From a virus (lineage: Duplodnaviria; Caudoviricetes): a DNA stretch of 28,011 nt. The translations under genes were made by a program, and so were the position numbers. The stretch spans positions 1 through 28,011 of the IMG/VR virus record IMGVR_UViG_3300014656_006068. One strand, written 5' to 3'. Below, in pieces: positions 1-8,874 of the stretch (the stretch's first letter is position 1; each line of letters opens with the position of its first letter). The notes under the pieces were generated by a model that did no database searches, was not told the DNA's origin, and saw nothing but the letters and a program-made list of their open reading frames with translations.

Positions 1-2313
1 TCATAAGTCCATTTGCTCATTTTTCGGCAATTGTTCGCCCTTCTTCGTCAATACTATAAACCGCTCAGTTCCAGATTTTCTCTCATCTACGTCCAAATCA
101 TATAAATTAGCATAAATCTTCGTCCATTTGGTGAATGTTCTCTGAGGTAATTTTTCAAAGTCTTCATACTCTTCCCGGAAACTCCTAAACAAATTTTTCT
201 TGTTATATTCTATACCTAATTCATTTTCTTTTATAAACTCTTCAAACTCCTGTGATGTTTCATCAATAAGTCTTTTCTTAGTCAGGTTCACATACTCATA
301 CTCACTTAAGCCAACACTTAAATAAAATTGACAACACTCAATCATAAAATTATCGAACTTATTAAATTCTTTTTTACTCCATTCAGAAAAGAAAAGTTCA
401 CCAAAATCATCAGTTGGTTTATGCTTTGCGTCGTAATAATCCGAGAACTCAATAACAAACTGCCTATCACTACTAGAATCATCAGACCCTTTTATTGAAT
501 GATTAGTTGTTATTATTATTTTCGGTGCTTCCTCAAAAGGAATATGGAATTCACCTTTATTTTTTTTCTCAACAGTTAATCCCTCTGTGATTATGCTAAA
601 TAATCTCTCGAACGGGAAATTATTTCTGACATCATCAAAAAATATTATTTCAGTATCAAGGTTCACAGACTGGAAAGCAAATGATTTATCGAACTGGAAA
701 TTTTTTCCATCAAGTTTTAATAAGTTTCTCAATTGCGATATTGCATTTGCAACTAAACTCTTACCAGACCTACCAAAAGCATTCGCACTTAACTTCTCAT
801 CTATAAATACAATAGCTTTACTGCAGGCGGGATTTTTATATCTGTGTAATAAATAACCTATTGTACTTTTAAGAGCATTTAATCTTTTCGGCTCTTTCCT
901 ACAAATGTTATTCAAGAATATTTCGTAAACTGTGGCGTTACTTCCTTTCACAAAACCTCTCTTTATCCTTTGCTTTTCCCATATAACACCATTTAAATCT
1001 TTATACGGTTTCTCAATTATCCTACTCTTAGTTACTTCAACAAAACAATTTTCAAAAAAGAAATACGCTTTATCTTTCTCATCCTTGATGAAAGACAAAT
1101 CCATTGTTTTTAAAAATTCCAAATAGGCGTCACAAAAAATATTTCTAGCCGTTTTAATTATACTTTCTTTTACTAACTGTTTTATCCAATTATCTTTTAT
1201 CATCTCATTTATGTAAGCCAAAACAAAATCCTTAATATTTATGCTGGTTACTTCACTAACAATATTTTCCTTAATCCTTATATATATAGGTGATATTCCA
1301 ACAAACATTTTCCCAAAACCTTCTTCTTCCAACAAATCAATTAAATCAGTTCTTATAATATTTGCTTTACCTTCATCAATTCGCCAGAAATGTTTTCGCG
1401 GTTTAACCCAACCAAACTTTTTTGCTATTTCATAAAATGAACCTAATGTAATATCGCCACGATAATCTTTCAGAAAGCCATCATATTTCCTATTAATCTC
1501 ATTTTCACTCTCGTTGTACTTCGGATTCCCTGAACTAATATCAACAAAGTGTTGCCTGCCGTCTTCTCCAAGTGAAGCCAATGCAAGACCAATCTTATAC
1601 CAATCTTCGTAATTATCAATACTACCCTTAATAAAATCAACTGCATCTTTTAATAATTTTTTTTCATATTCATTTTGCCCCTTCGTGCCTGGCATAGCTT
1701 TAGTGCAGACTGGTTCATTTATTACACACAACTTTTTAATCGTTTCTAAAACTTTCCCAATCCAAATGTTTTTTGGTTCCTCGTGAGGCAATCCTTCTTC
1801 GTGCAGATTTACAAACTCATAAACATTTCCACTCGGATGTTTTGATGGAGGCAAAACAGTTTGACAATTTTTCCATCTTAATTCAATATGATCACAGCTT
1901 TCAGAATCCTTAGGTTTAATTTTGTAATATGCTTTAATGCCACCTAAACCGTCAAGATAATTTTCTTCATCCTCGCTCTTAAACCAAATGTGAAAACCCT
2001 TTCTACTTCCACTCTTAACAATCCATAGATAATTTTTACCTAGCCCAAGTTCCACAGCAAAATTATAAACTATTTGAGTATCCGTAACATTATCAAAATC
2101 CAAACATCTTAAATTATTGATGCCAGAAATAGCACCAATACCATTTGTCTTACTATTCCATCCCAAACTATCTATTTGCGAAACTCCCATGTCTTCAGTT
2201 TGCCACTTAGCCCAATCCAATTTTGGTACTTTATCAGTAAGTGGAATAACATTAAATCCAAATGCATCATTATAATCTTTTGCTATTTCTCTATAATTCA
2301 TTTCTTCCTCCAT
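1..2313 (-). CDS. Phage/satellite primase: N-terminal bifunctional primase-polymerase (Prim-Pol), PriCT-2-like domain, C-terminal P-loop helicase
   Basis: 770 aa. AEP motifs LRCLDFD, SGSRKGFHIWF and TVLPPSKHPSG; PriCT-2-like NYEDWYKIGLALASLG; Walker A GRSGKS; Walker B IIFFDD; sensor IIITTN. Stop TGA at 1-3, so the gene is complete. Confidence 0.88.
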   Translation of the reverse strand: MEEEMNYREIAKDYNDAFGFNVIPLTDKVPKLDWAKWQTEDMGVSQIDSLGWNSKTNGIGAISGINNLRCLDFDNVTDTQIVYNFAVELGLGKNYLWIVKSGSRKGFHIWFKSEDEENYLDGLGGIKAYYKIKPKDSESCDHIELRWKNCQTVLPPSKHPSGNVYEFVNLHEEGLPHEEPKNIWIGKVLETIKKLCVINEPVCTKAMPGTKGQNEYEKKLLKDAVDFIKGSIDNYEDWYKIGLALASLGEDGRQHFVDISSGNPKYNESENEINRKYDGFLKDYRGDITLGSFYEIAKKFGWVKPRKHFWRIDEGKANIIRTDLIDLLEEEGFGKMFVGISPIYIRIKENIVSEVTSINIKDFVLAYINEMIKDNWIKQLVKESIIKTARNIFCDAYLEFLKTMDLSFIKDEKDKAYFFFENCFVEVTKSRIIEKPYKDLNGVIWEKQRIKRGFVKGSNATVYEIFLNNICRKEPKRLNALKSTIGYLLHRYKNPACSKAIVFIDEKLSANAFGRSGKSLVANAISQLRNLLKLDGKNFQFDKSFAFQSVNLDTEIIFFDDVRNNFPFERLFSIITEGLTVEKKNKGEFHIPFEEAPKIIITTNHSIKGSDDSSSDRQFVIEFSDYYDAKHKPTDDFGELFFSEWSKKEFNKFDNFMIECCQFYLSVGLSEYEYVNLTKKRLIDETSQEFEEFIKENELGIEYNKKNLFRSFREEYEDFEKLPQRTFTKWTKIYANLYDLDVDERKSGTERFIVLTKKGEQLPKNEQMDL

Positions 2314-2337
2314 TCACAAACGATCCCAATCCACAAT

Positions 2338-3399
2338 CTAATGACAACATATCACCGACAACCCCTCTTCTAATAGTTTCCCCCTTTTCAAGGGGACGGA
2401 AGGGGGTTTTTTCGCTCTATCTGTTCTTATCAGTTCTTTCCGTTCAATCAGCGTGCTATTTTCTTGCCTTTCATTAAACACATTCACCGCATCCCTCAAT
2501 CCATCAATATTCAAATGCGCATAAATCTCTGTTGTAGTAATTGAACTATGCCCCAGCAATTCCTTTATTTTATATAGTGATACTTCACGTTGTGCCAAAT
2601 TAGAAGCAAAAGAATGCCTAAGGCTATGGAAATGTATGCCTTCCGATACTTTTGCCTTTCTACACGCTCTCTTGAATCTCTTGGAGATATAATCAGCAGT
2701 GTAAGCACTTCCACGCTTATTAAAAACAAAACCATCCAGTTTCACAACCTTACCCCTTGCAGCAATCAAAATATCAATCGCATCATCGCAAAGGGGAATG
2801 GTCCTTTGCTCTCTTGTTTTTGTCTTGAAACTATCATCACCAATAACAATAAACCTTTCAGCAAGATTAACACTACTCCATCTTAAATTGATTAACTCAC
2901 CAATTCTGCAACCGGTAAAAAAACCTAGTGATGATACATCTCTAACTACTTTCACATCAATATTTTTCAATATCTCATCAAGTCCTTTTTTGGTAATAAA
3001 TTCTGGATGATTCTTTTGTTTCTTCGGTAATTTTATTTTCAAAAAAGGATTAACAGAAATGTAACCCCAATCAACCCCTTTATTAAAGGCAGTTTTTAAA
3101 TTCCTATAGTAAACCCTATAACCTTCACCCATACTATTCTGTAACTTCGTCATAAACAACTCAGTTTCTCTAAACGTAATCGTTGACATTATTTTCTGTT
3201 CTTGGAAGTACCCAATCAAATGCTTAAAACTAACTGTATGACTAATGTAATATTTGGCAGACCTATTCTGTTTCACAAAATCTAAATAGTCATCAATAAA
3301 TTTCCGTAAGCTTACATAAGCAACGCTTTGGTTAGCACCACTAATATGTTGCAACAGTTGCATAAGCATTTCGTTATTTACACCTTCCAAAATTTGCAT
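2338..3399 (-). CDS. Tyrosine recombinase/integrase with SAM-like N-terminal region; C-terminal tail appears repeat-derived
   Basis: 353 aa with a full catalytic set: TGCRIGEL (R), KTKT (K), HSLRH, LLGH, IYAH (Y). Confidence 0.93.
   Translation of the reverse strand: MQILEGVNNEMLMQLLQHISGANQSVAYVSLRKFIDDYLDFVKQNRSAKYYISHTVSFKHLIGYFQEQKIMSTITFRETELFMTKLQNSMGEGYRVYYRNLKTAFNKGVDWGYISVNPFLKIKLPKKQKNHPEFITKKGLDEILKNIDVKVVRDVSSLGFFTGCRIGELINLRWSSVNLAERFIVIGDDSFKTKTREQRTIPLCDDAIDILIAARGKVVKLDGFVFNKRGSAYTADYISKRFKRACRKAKVSEGIHFHSLRHSFASNLAQREVSLYKIKELLGHSSITTTEIYAHLNIDGLRDAVNVFNERQENSTLIERKELIRTDRAKKPPSVPLKRGKLLEEGLSVICCH
2379..2408 (+). repeat. Repeat family A copy 1 (TCCCC-TTTTCAAGGGG...AGGGGGTT), in frame in the integrase tail
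   Basis: tcccccttttcaaggggacggaagggggtt; related copies at 20288-20325 and 21797-21827. Confidence 0.8.
2414..2460 (+). repeat. Repeat family B copy 1 (47 bp)
   Basis: gctctatctgttcttatcagttctttccgttcaatcagcgtgctatt matches 19431-19477 at 41 of 47 positions by hand alignment. Confidence 0.85.
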
Positions 3400-3400
3400 G

Positions 3401-3646
3401 TTAGTTCTTCGCCCTAATCATTAAACCAATAATTTCTTCGTCATTATTACAAGCCTTTAACTCCACCAAAAAATTTCTTAGAACATCAACAGAACTAATT
3501 GCTTTACTATATTTAAGCAGCATCCCATTATTCACAATCTCATCCAATCGGTTCTTAGCATCACAACACAAAATCAATTCCTTGCTTTCTTCAAACCGAA
3601 CTTTTATTTCTTCACATTCTTCTATTAATTCTTCCAAATACTTCAT
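3401..3646 (-). CDS. Hypothetical protein (81 aa), likely co-transcribed with the integrase
   Basis: GAGG RBS upstream; stop lies 1 bp before the integrase ATG; acidic, helical composition. Confidence 0.7.
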   Translation of the reverse strand: MKYLEELIEECEEIKVRFEESKELILCCDAKNRLDEIVNNGMLLKYSKAISSVDVLRNFLVELKACNNDEEIIGLMIRAKN

Positions 3647-3717
3647 TTTTCTTCCTCTTCTTTTTCAATTACCACTTAATGACACTTTTTTAATAACGAC
3701 AAATGACATGTGTTTTC

Positions 3718-3999
3718 TTACGGCGGTTCAACATCTTCATCAATTAAAATATTCTCATTCGAGGCTTGGTTATTTCGCATGGTCACCGAGCGGAGTCGAG
3801 GTGAAGCATCCTCAAAAAAGACTAAGTACCTTCCACTATATTTTGAACAAAGAATTTTTCTGTGATTGGTTAATTTGTAGTGTTTTGATTGTGATAGGGT
3901 TAAGTACTGTGCTGAATTTGACGGTGTTGTTTCTCTATTCATCAAGAATAGATTTTGTTTCCAGTAAGTTGTGCTATTGTTTTGCAATTTTAGCCTCAT
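3718..3999 (-). CDS. Hypothetical protein (93 aa) containing an in-frame repeat C copy
   Basis: ATG-started ORF co-oriented with the int/primase genes; no recognisable motif. Confidence 0.4.
   Translation of the reverse strand: MRLKLQNNSTTYWKQNLFLMNRETTPSNSAQYLTLSQSKHYKLTNHRKILCSKYSGRYLVFFEDASPRLRSVTMRNNQASNENILIDEDVEPP
3781..3803 (+). repeat. Repeat family C copy 1 (REP-like mini-hairpin)
   Basis: ggtcaccgagcggagtcgaggtg; related copies at 18330, 18891 and 23423. Confidence 0.8.
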
Positions 4000-4238
4000 G
4001 TTATATTATTGTATTGTTTATTTTAAGTATCTTATGCACTTTATCGTCCTTTTATTTTCTTTGTCACATGACAATATTTTAATTATTACTAATTAATTAT
4101 ATTTAACGTCTGGTATTTAATCAATAAGACCTTTCGCTAACTATTATTTAAAACTAACTGTTTAATTCATGTCGTTATTTTGCTATTTATACTATTTTTA
4201 TTTTCCATATGCTACGATACAAAATAGCGGTATTCCAT

Positions 4239-4259
4239 TTACGTCATTCTTACGTCATT
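4239..4259. repeat. Tandem TTACGTCATT x2 with 11-bp period; possible integrase arm-type sites
   Basis: Copies at 4239-4248 and 4250-4259, about 180 bp beyond the 3' end of the integrase pseudogene. Confidence 0.5.
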
Positions 4260-4439
4260 TTTTTCATGTGGGTTTTTTGTGTAGATTTTAGATTATTTTG
4301 AAGCTTTTTGATAGAACAACAGATTATTTTGTTTTTTATTGCAAATAAGTTCTAAGCATAAATTTGCTACTTATTTAAAGGGAATTTTGAGGATGCTATT
4401 GAATCACTTGGTACTTTTATACTTGATAATATTCCGAAT

Positions 4440-5090
4440 CTATTTTATAATTCGCATTGGGCCTCCCAATACTTTATCCATTTCATCACGTTTATGCTCG
4501 TCGGCAATCTTCAAATATTTCTGCATCATTTTATATGTAGTGTGCCCAGTAATTGCCATTAAACATCAGCTTTCATTCCTTTCTGTAATGACAAACTTAT
4601 AAACGTTCTGCCTGTCGCATGTGTTCCTATATCCTCATATTTCTTTGTTGCTGTTTCAATTCTATTGCTTCCCTGATATTTTACAGATGTAACCAGAGTG
4701 TCAATTTCAGCATGTTCGCATAGCGCTTTGATGTACTTGTTTTGCTTCTGTTTGAGATTATAGGTAAGGCTGCGGATATTCTTTATTCTTCGCCAAAATA
4801 AATAATGCTAAGTTACTTAGAGGTATTTCTAGTATTTGCCGAGCCTTCTTTTTTCTAACTTTCCATGTGGCATCCTCAACGTCTGGATGCTTAATATTCT
4901 GAATGTCAGAATAACGAATATCAGTCAAACATTGATAAACAAACTCTAACTCTATCAAGTCTTTCATTGTTGAGCTTCATATTGCAATGTATCATCAATT
5001 CTTTTTCACTTAAAAACACAATGTCATTTTCTTCAGTTGTGCTCTTAATGGTTTTGTAACTGGTATTATCAGTATAATTGTTATTAAGAA
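4440..5090 (-). pseudogene. Frameshifted, 5'-truncated tyrosine integrase (Bacteroidetes transposon-type)
   Basis: Successive frames read IVFLSEKEL / FVYQCLTDIRYSD...EIPLS / NKYIKALCEHAEID...GTHATGRTFISL / MAITGHTTYKMMQKYLKI, i.e. a decayed catalytic domain with several frameshifts. Stop TAG at 4440-4442; 5' boundary approximate. Confidence 0.85.
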
Positions 5091-5398
5091 TAAGAGTATT
5101 TGGTGATTTATCTATTTTATTCCATGCTATCGATAACAATATTAAAATGCCTCGTTTTTTAATCCATGATGGTATTTTTGATGGCATGGATAAAGCCCAC
5201 TTTATAAGTGTAATAAAATACCTCGATGAACAAAAATCATTAGGCAAAAAATTTCAATATATTTTAGCACTAAACGAAGAAGGCGATTTGAAAGATAATT
5301 TTGGTGATGCAGATTTAGTTACAACTCAAAAAATTGAAGATGAAGCAATTTTAACTCTAACCCCTAGCAAACATCTATTTGAAACAGACTTTTCATAA
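5078..5398 (+). pseudogene. C-terminal fragment of a DUF2326-like SMC/ABC ATPase (ABC-three-component/Lamassu LmuB-like)
   Basis: PRFLIHDGIFDGMD...FQYILALN resembles the DUF2326 Walker B/D-loop region; no Walker A, coiled coil or convincing start. Confidence 0.7.
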
Positions 5399-5510
5399 TA
5401 GAATAAAGATGTATTATTTAATTCGTTCTGAGTTTGCCATTGTAATTCTGTGAGATACCATAACACATCTCTCTATTAAACAATACTCATCCACTATTTT
5501 GTTGAAACCT

Positions 5511-6158
5511 TCATAAAAAAGTATTTTGCAAAAAGTTAATACTCACAAAACACATTTCCTTAAATCTATCATTTATTTTTTGAGATAGAGCATGAATTTC
5601 CTCTTTCACTTCTTCTTCAGACTTAGTAGCAAAATCATTTTCAAGTGCGAGAAGAATTTCTTCACGTTTGTTTTTTATTTTTGTAGCATTTAGGTTTAAT
5701 ACTTCTTCAATTAATTTCTTTATACTTTCAGTGGAGTCCTTAGAAATAGTAATGCCTTTAGAAGTATATAAAAAAACACTTTCGCACTTTTCATTAAGTG
5801 GAGTAATTACAAGATGTTTATTTTGTCTAAAATTATTACAATGGGTAATTCTAGGTTTCGGTTCTTTTTGACTCCCATTGCAAGAAGCGAGAAAATTATC
5901 ATAATCCATAGCTTTTTGTTCGTCTGTCCCAGTACATTCTACTTTGGGTTTTATATGTTCAATCTCAGTCGATGGATCATTCTCAATTCTTAGTCCACAA
6001 TAACAACAGATATAACCTTGGTCCAGCAGTAATGCTTCCTTTACGCTCTCTTTCTCAGGGTTCTGAAACATGTCCCATCTTGGTTCATTAATAACCCGAC
6101 AGTTTTCTTTCCAATCTTCAAATATTTGAGGCGAAGATCCTTTTACTATAAATTTCAA
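5511..6158 (-). CDS. HNH endonuclease, TIGR02646/Septu PtuB-like
   Basis: DQGYICCYCG, EIEHIKPK, YDNFLASC, HCNN. TTG start overlaps the ATPase stop (TTGA, 6155-6158). Confidence 0.88.
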   Translation of the reverse strand: MKFIVKGSSPQIFEDWKENCRVINEPRWDMFQNPEKESVKEALLLDQGYICCYCGLRIENDPSTEIEHIKPKVECTGTDEQKAMDYDNFLASCNGSQKEPKPRITHCNNFRQNKHLVITPLNEKCESVFLYTSKGITISKDSTESIKKLIEEVLNLNATKIKNKREEILLALENDFATKSEEEVKEEIHALSQKINDRFKEMCFVSINFLQNTFL

Positions 6159-7522
6159 TTTGACTTTCTCTTCAATCGATCAATCCTCATTTCTGCTACA
6201 GTATAAAATGGATCCTTTTCAGACAAATGTTCTTTTAAATTTACTAACCATTTTTCGGCTGATTCCACATCTTTTTGTGCTATTGCATTACTAAACTTTT
6301 CAATATATTTATTTGCTTTGAGTGACATTTCCGAAGTTTCCATAACTTCTTCCAATATAGAGTTGGTATCTCTACCAAATAAGCCATTTGAATCAATCGA
6401 ATATATTTTGCCATTTTCCATAGTCCAAACATTATTCTCATGCATACTTGATAATACTTGAGGGGAGTGAGTTGTAATAAGAAAATGATTTTTTTCACCA
6501 ATAAAATTCTCAATTTCGCCAATAAAATCCCTTTGCCATTTTGGGTGTAAAAATGTATCTGGTTCATCAAAAAGATATAGGGTTTCTTTATAATCAAAAA
6601 ACTCTACAAGTCCTCGGATTGTGAGAAGTTGTCTCTCACCTTCTGAAAAGTTATAATCATTAACCTTTTCTCCTGTTGTTTTAAGAAGTGTAACACTAAC
6701 ATTATCTATTAAATCATCCAAATAGGTAGCATCCAGCATTTTATATAAGTCTCTGTCGTAACCAATATGCTCATCCTCTCTAATAGTTTTTAGTTTATCA
6801 CCTGAAAAAAGGAATGTATTTTCATTTTTAATTTCATTCTGGTTTCTTTTTAAATTACTCAGGAACGTTTTTACATTTCCATCTTTCGCTCCCCAAAAAG
6901 TATCAATGCTTGCATTAGAATTTTTTGCCCATCTAGGTTGCTTAAATTTAATAGAAAAATTTTCAATTTTTTCAATATTGAATTTTTCTTTTAGGAAGTC
7001 ATGAACGCTAGTTAAATCAGAAGACAACATTGAAAGAAGAATTAATGGAAAATAATCTGGATTCACATAGAACATATGTCGCTTACTGTTATTTCCAGAT
7101 TTTTCAACACTTTTCCTATAATCATCATCAAATTTTTGAGTATAATTCTGCATTCTTTTGTTAAAGCCTGAGTAATATATTAAAATATTATCTGGGAGAT
7201 ATCTGGTTCCTAAATATCCACTACGCAAAAAAGATAAATCCTTTTGTTCATCGTTTATCATTATTTTATAACCATCCAACGCATCTTGTTTAATGGAAAT
7301 ATTATTTCCTTCACATTCGTATTTTATAGAATACTTAAAAATGGGTATATCTATTTCATCAAGTAACAGATACTTAAAAATCAAAACTATACTTTCTAGC
7401 ATGTTCGACTTTCCAGACCCGTTATTACCGATAAATACTGAGATAGGATTATCTGACTCAAAATTTATCTTGAAATCTTTAAGGTTTTTATATTCCTCAA
7501 TCCACAGTTCTTTTATCTTCAT
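6155..7522 (-). CDS. ABC/AAA-family ATPase, Septu PtuA-like
   Basis: Walker A GNNGSGKS, signature FSEGERQL, Walker B LFDEPD, H-loop ITTHSP, C-terminal GRDTNSILEEVM. ATGA overlap with the upstream gene. Confidence 0.88.
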   Translation of the reverse strand: MKIKELWIEEYKNLKDFKINFESDNPISVFIGNNGSGKSNMLESIVLIFKYLLLDEIDIPIFKYSIKYECEGNNISIKQDALDGYKIMINDEQKDLSFLRSGYLGTRYLPDNILIYYSGFNKRMQNYTQKFDDDYRKSVEKSGNNSKRHMFYVNPDYFPLILLSMLSSDLTSVHDFLKEKFNIEKIENFSIKFKQPRWAKNSNASIDTFWGAKDGNVKTFLSNLKRNQNEIKNENTFLFSGDKLKTIREDEHIGYDRDLYKMLDATYLDDLIDNVSVTLLKTTGEKVNDYNFSEGERQLLTIRGLVEFFDYKETLYLFDEPDTFLHPKWQRDFIGEIENFIGEKNHFLITTHSPQVLSSMHENNVWTMENGKIYSIDSNGLFGRDTNSILEEVMETSEMSLKANKYIEKFSNAIAQKDVESAEKWLVNLKEHLSEKDPFYTVAEMRIDRLKRKSN

Positions 7523-8874
7523 TTAAATATCTCCTTTTCAAATTCTTCAATCGCTAATGTTCGATTTTCTTTTGCATGCTGCCTAAGAGAATTCATCTCA
7601 TCTCTCATTTTATCTAAAATATTTGCTATTTCTTTTTGTGTTTGCAAAGGAGGTAAGGGGAATAGAAATTCTTGCATTTCTTGAGCATTAATATTTGCCT
7701 GGCCTGTGATTTGTCTACTAACCATATCTTTTTGATATTTAAGAAGACTAGAATTAAACAAGTAATTAATATAATTTACATTTGCTTTTTCTGTATTAAC
7801 TACAACTCTTATTAAATAGGAAGCAAAAGTATATTCCTCATCTTCATAAAAAATTGCCGTTTTACCAACAAGTTCTTTACTATTGGTTCTGTTAAATAAC
7901 AAATCTCCCTTATCCAATGTGTATTTATCCTTAACATTATCGTTAATAGAAATGTACTTCAATATAGTAATGTCAAGCTCAGAGTTTAGTATATTATTCA
8001 TTCTTAACATGGGTGGTCCAATCTTATCTATTGATGACTTTTCAGATAACCCATATTGATAAGAGTCTATAAAATCCCTAAGCTTTACTATTTTATATTT
8101 ACCTCTTAATATTTCTGAAATAACAGCCACTTTATTTAGAAAATCAACGGCCCACCTTTCAACATTTCTAGAATTTACAATTTGCAATCCTTTTTTATTT
8201 TTTCCTTTTTGTAGTTTTTTTATTCCCAAAGCATCAAAAAGATATGTCTCAATATTTTTCTCTATTTTATTTGCATTCATCTCTTGCCTCTCAGCAAGTT
8301 GGACTCTGTCATAATAAGATTTAACTATTCTAGTTTGTTCTTCCAGTTTTGGGAAAGGAATATTTAATTGTCCAATAAATTCGTATGTAGCCTCGTTTTT
8401 TATACCATCAGCTCGTAAGTATTTAATAAAATTTAAAAATCCATTGCTCCTTAAAACAAGTATTAGATAGTTCCTATTTATTTTATTATTGTCAATTTTA
8501 TATGGTTGATAATGAGTAGAACAAACTAATTTACCATTATTATTAATTGCTACTGCTCCTTGATGAAAATTTATTTTTGAAACCAATAATTCATTAATCG
8601 GCAAAACGTATAAATCCATACCAGTTTTATTCTCATCTCTTAAATGAATCTTTCCATCTTTGAAACTAATTTTACCAACAATTGGGGAAAGTCCATCATA
8701 GTCGTCTTTTTTTACTCTAATTTGTATTGGTTCAATTAAATTATCTAAAGATATTAAAGGGTATTTACTTGTTATTCTATAAGGATTTAAATAATAACTG
8801 ACGTACCATTTTTCAAAACTAGAATAAGATATAAATTCAAGAACCGCCTTTTTATTTCTGTTCATCTTATCCAT
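7519..8874 (-). CDS. hsdS: Restriction-modification specificity subunit (two TRDs, HsdS-like)
   Basis: Two TRD/conserved-helix repeats (IPFPKLEEQTRIV, FPLPPLQTQKEIA), plus GDLLFNRTNSKELVGK and GQANIN. Confidence 0.88.
   Translation of the reverse strand: MDKMNRNKKAVLEFISYSSFEKWYVSYYLNPYRITSKYPLISLDNLIEPIQIRVKKDDYDGLSPIVGKISFKDGKIHLRDENKTGMDLYVLPINELLVSKINFHQGAVAINNNGKLVCSTHYQPYKIDNNKINRNYLILVLRSNGFLNFIKYLRADGIKNEATYEFIGQLNIPFPKLEEQTRIVKSYYDRVQLAERQEMNANKIEKNIETYLFDALGIKKLQKGKNKKGLQIVNSRNVERWAVDFLNKVAVISEILRGKYKIVKLRDFIDSYQYGLSEKSSIDKIGPPMLRMNNILNSELDITILKYISINDNVKDKYTLDKGDLLFNRTNSKELVGKTAIFYEDEEYTFASYLIRVVVNTEKANVNYINYLFNSSLLKYQKDMVSRQITGQANINAQEMQEFLFPLPPLQTQKEIANILDKMRDEMNSLRQHAKENRTLAIEEFEKEIFK

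Noticed and set aside
587-2477. Short plus-strand ORFs (587, 932, 1241, 2176, 2262) and similar antisense or nested ORFs across the window
   Set aside because: They lie opposite or inside long motif-bearing genes and have no RBS or motif support; treated as shadow ORFs.
3582-4082. 166-aa hydrophobic plus-strand ORF
   Set aside because: TTG start without RBS, overlaps two minus-strand ORFs, and its hydrophobicity follows from T-rich antisense sequence.
4758-5247. ORFs 4758-4967 and 4921-5247 as independent genes
   Set aside because: They are frame fragments of the integrase pseudogene, partly read through the antisense of the DUF2326-like remnant.
5511-7522. Retron system (ATPase+HNH effector type)
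   Set aside because: No reverse transcriptase (no YxDD-type RT ORF) and no msr-msd next to the genes; the upstream position is occupied by RM genes.
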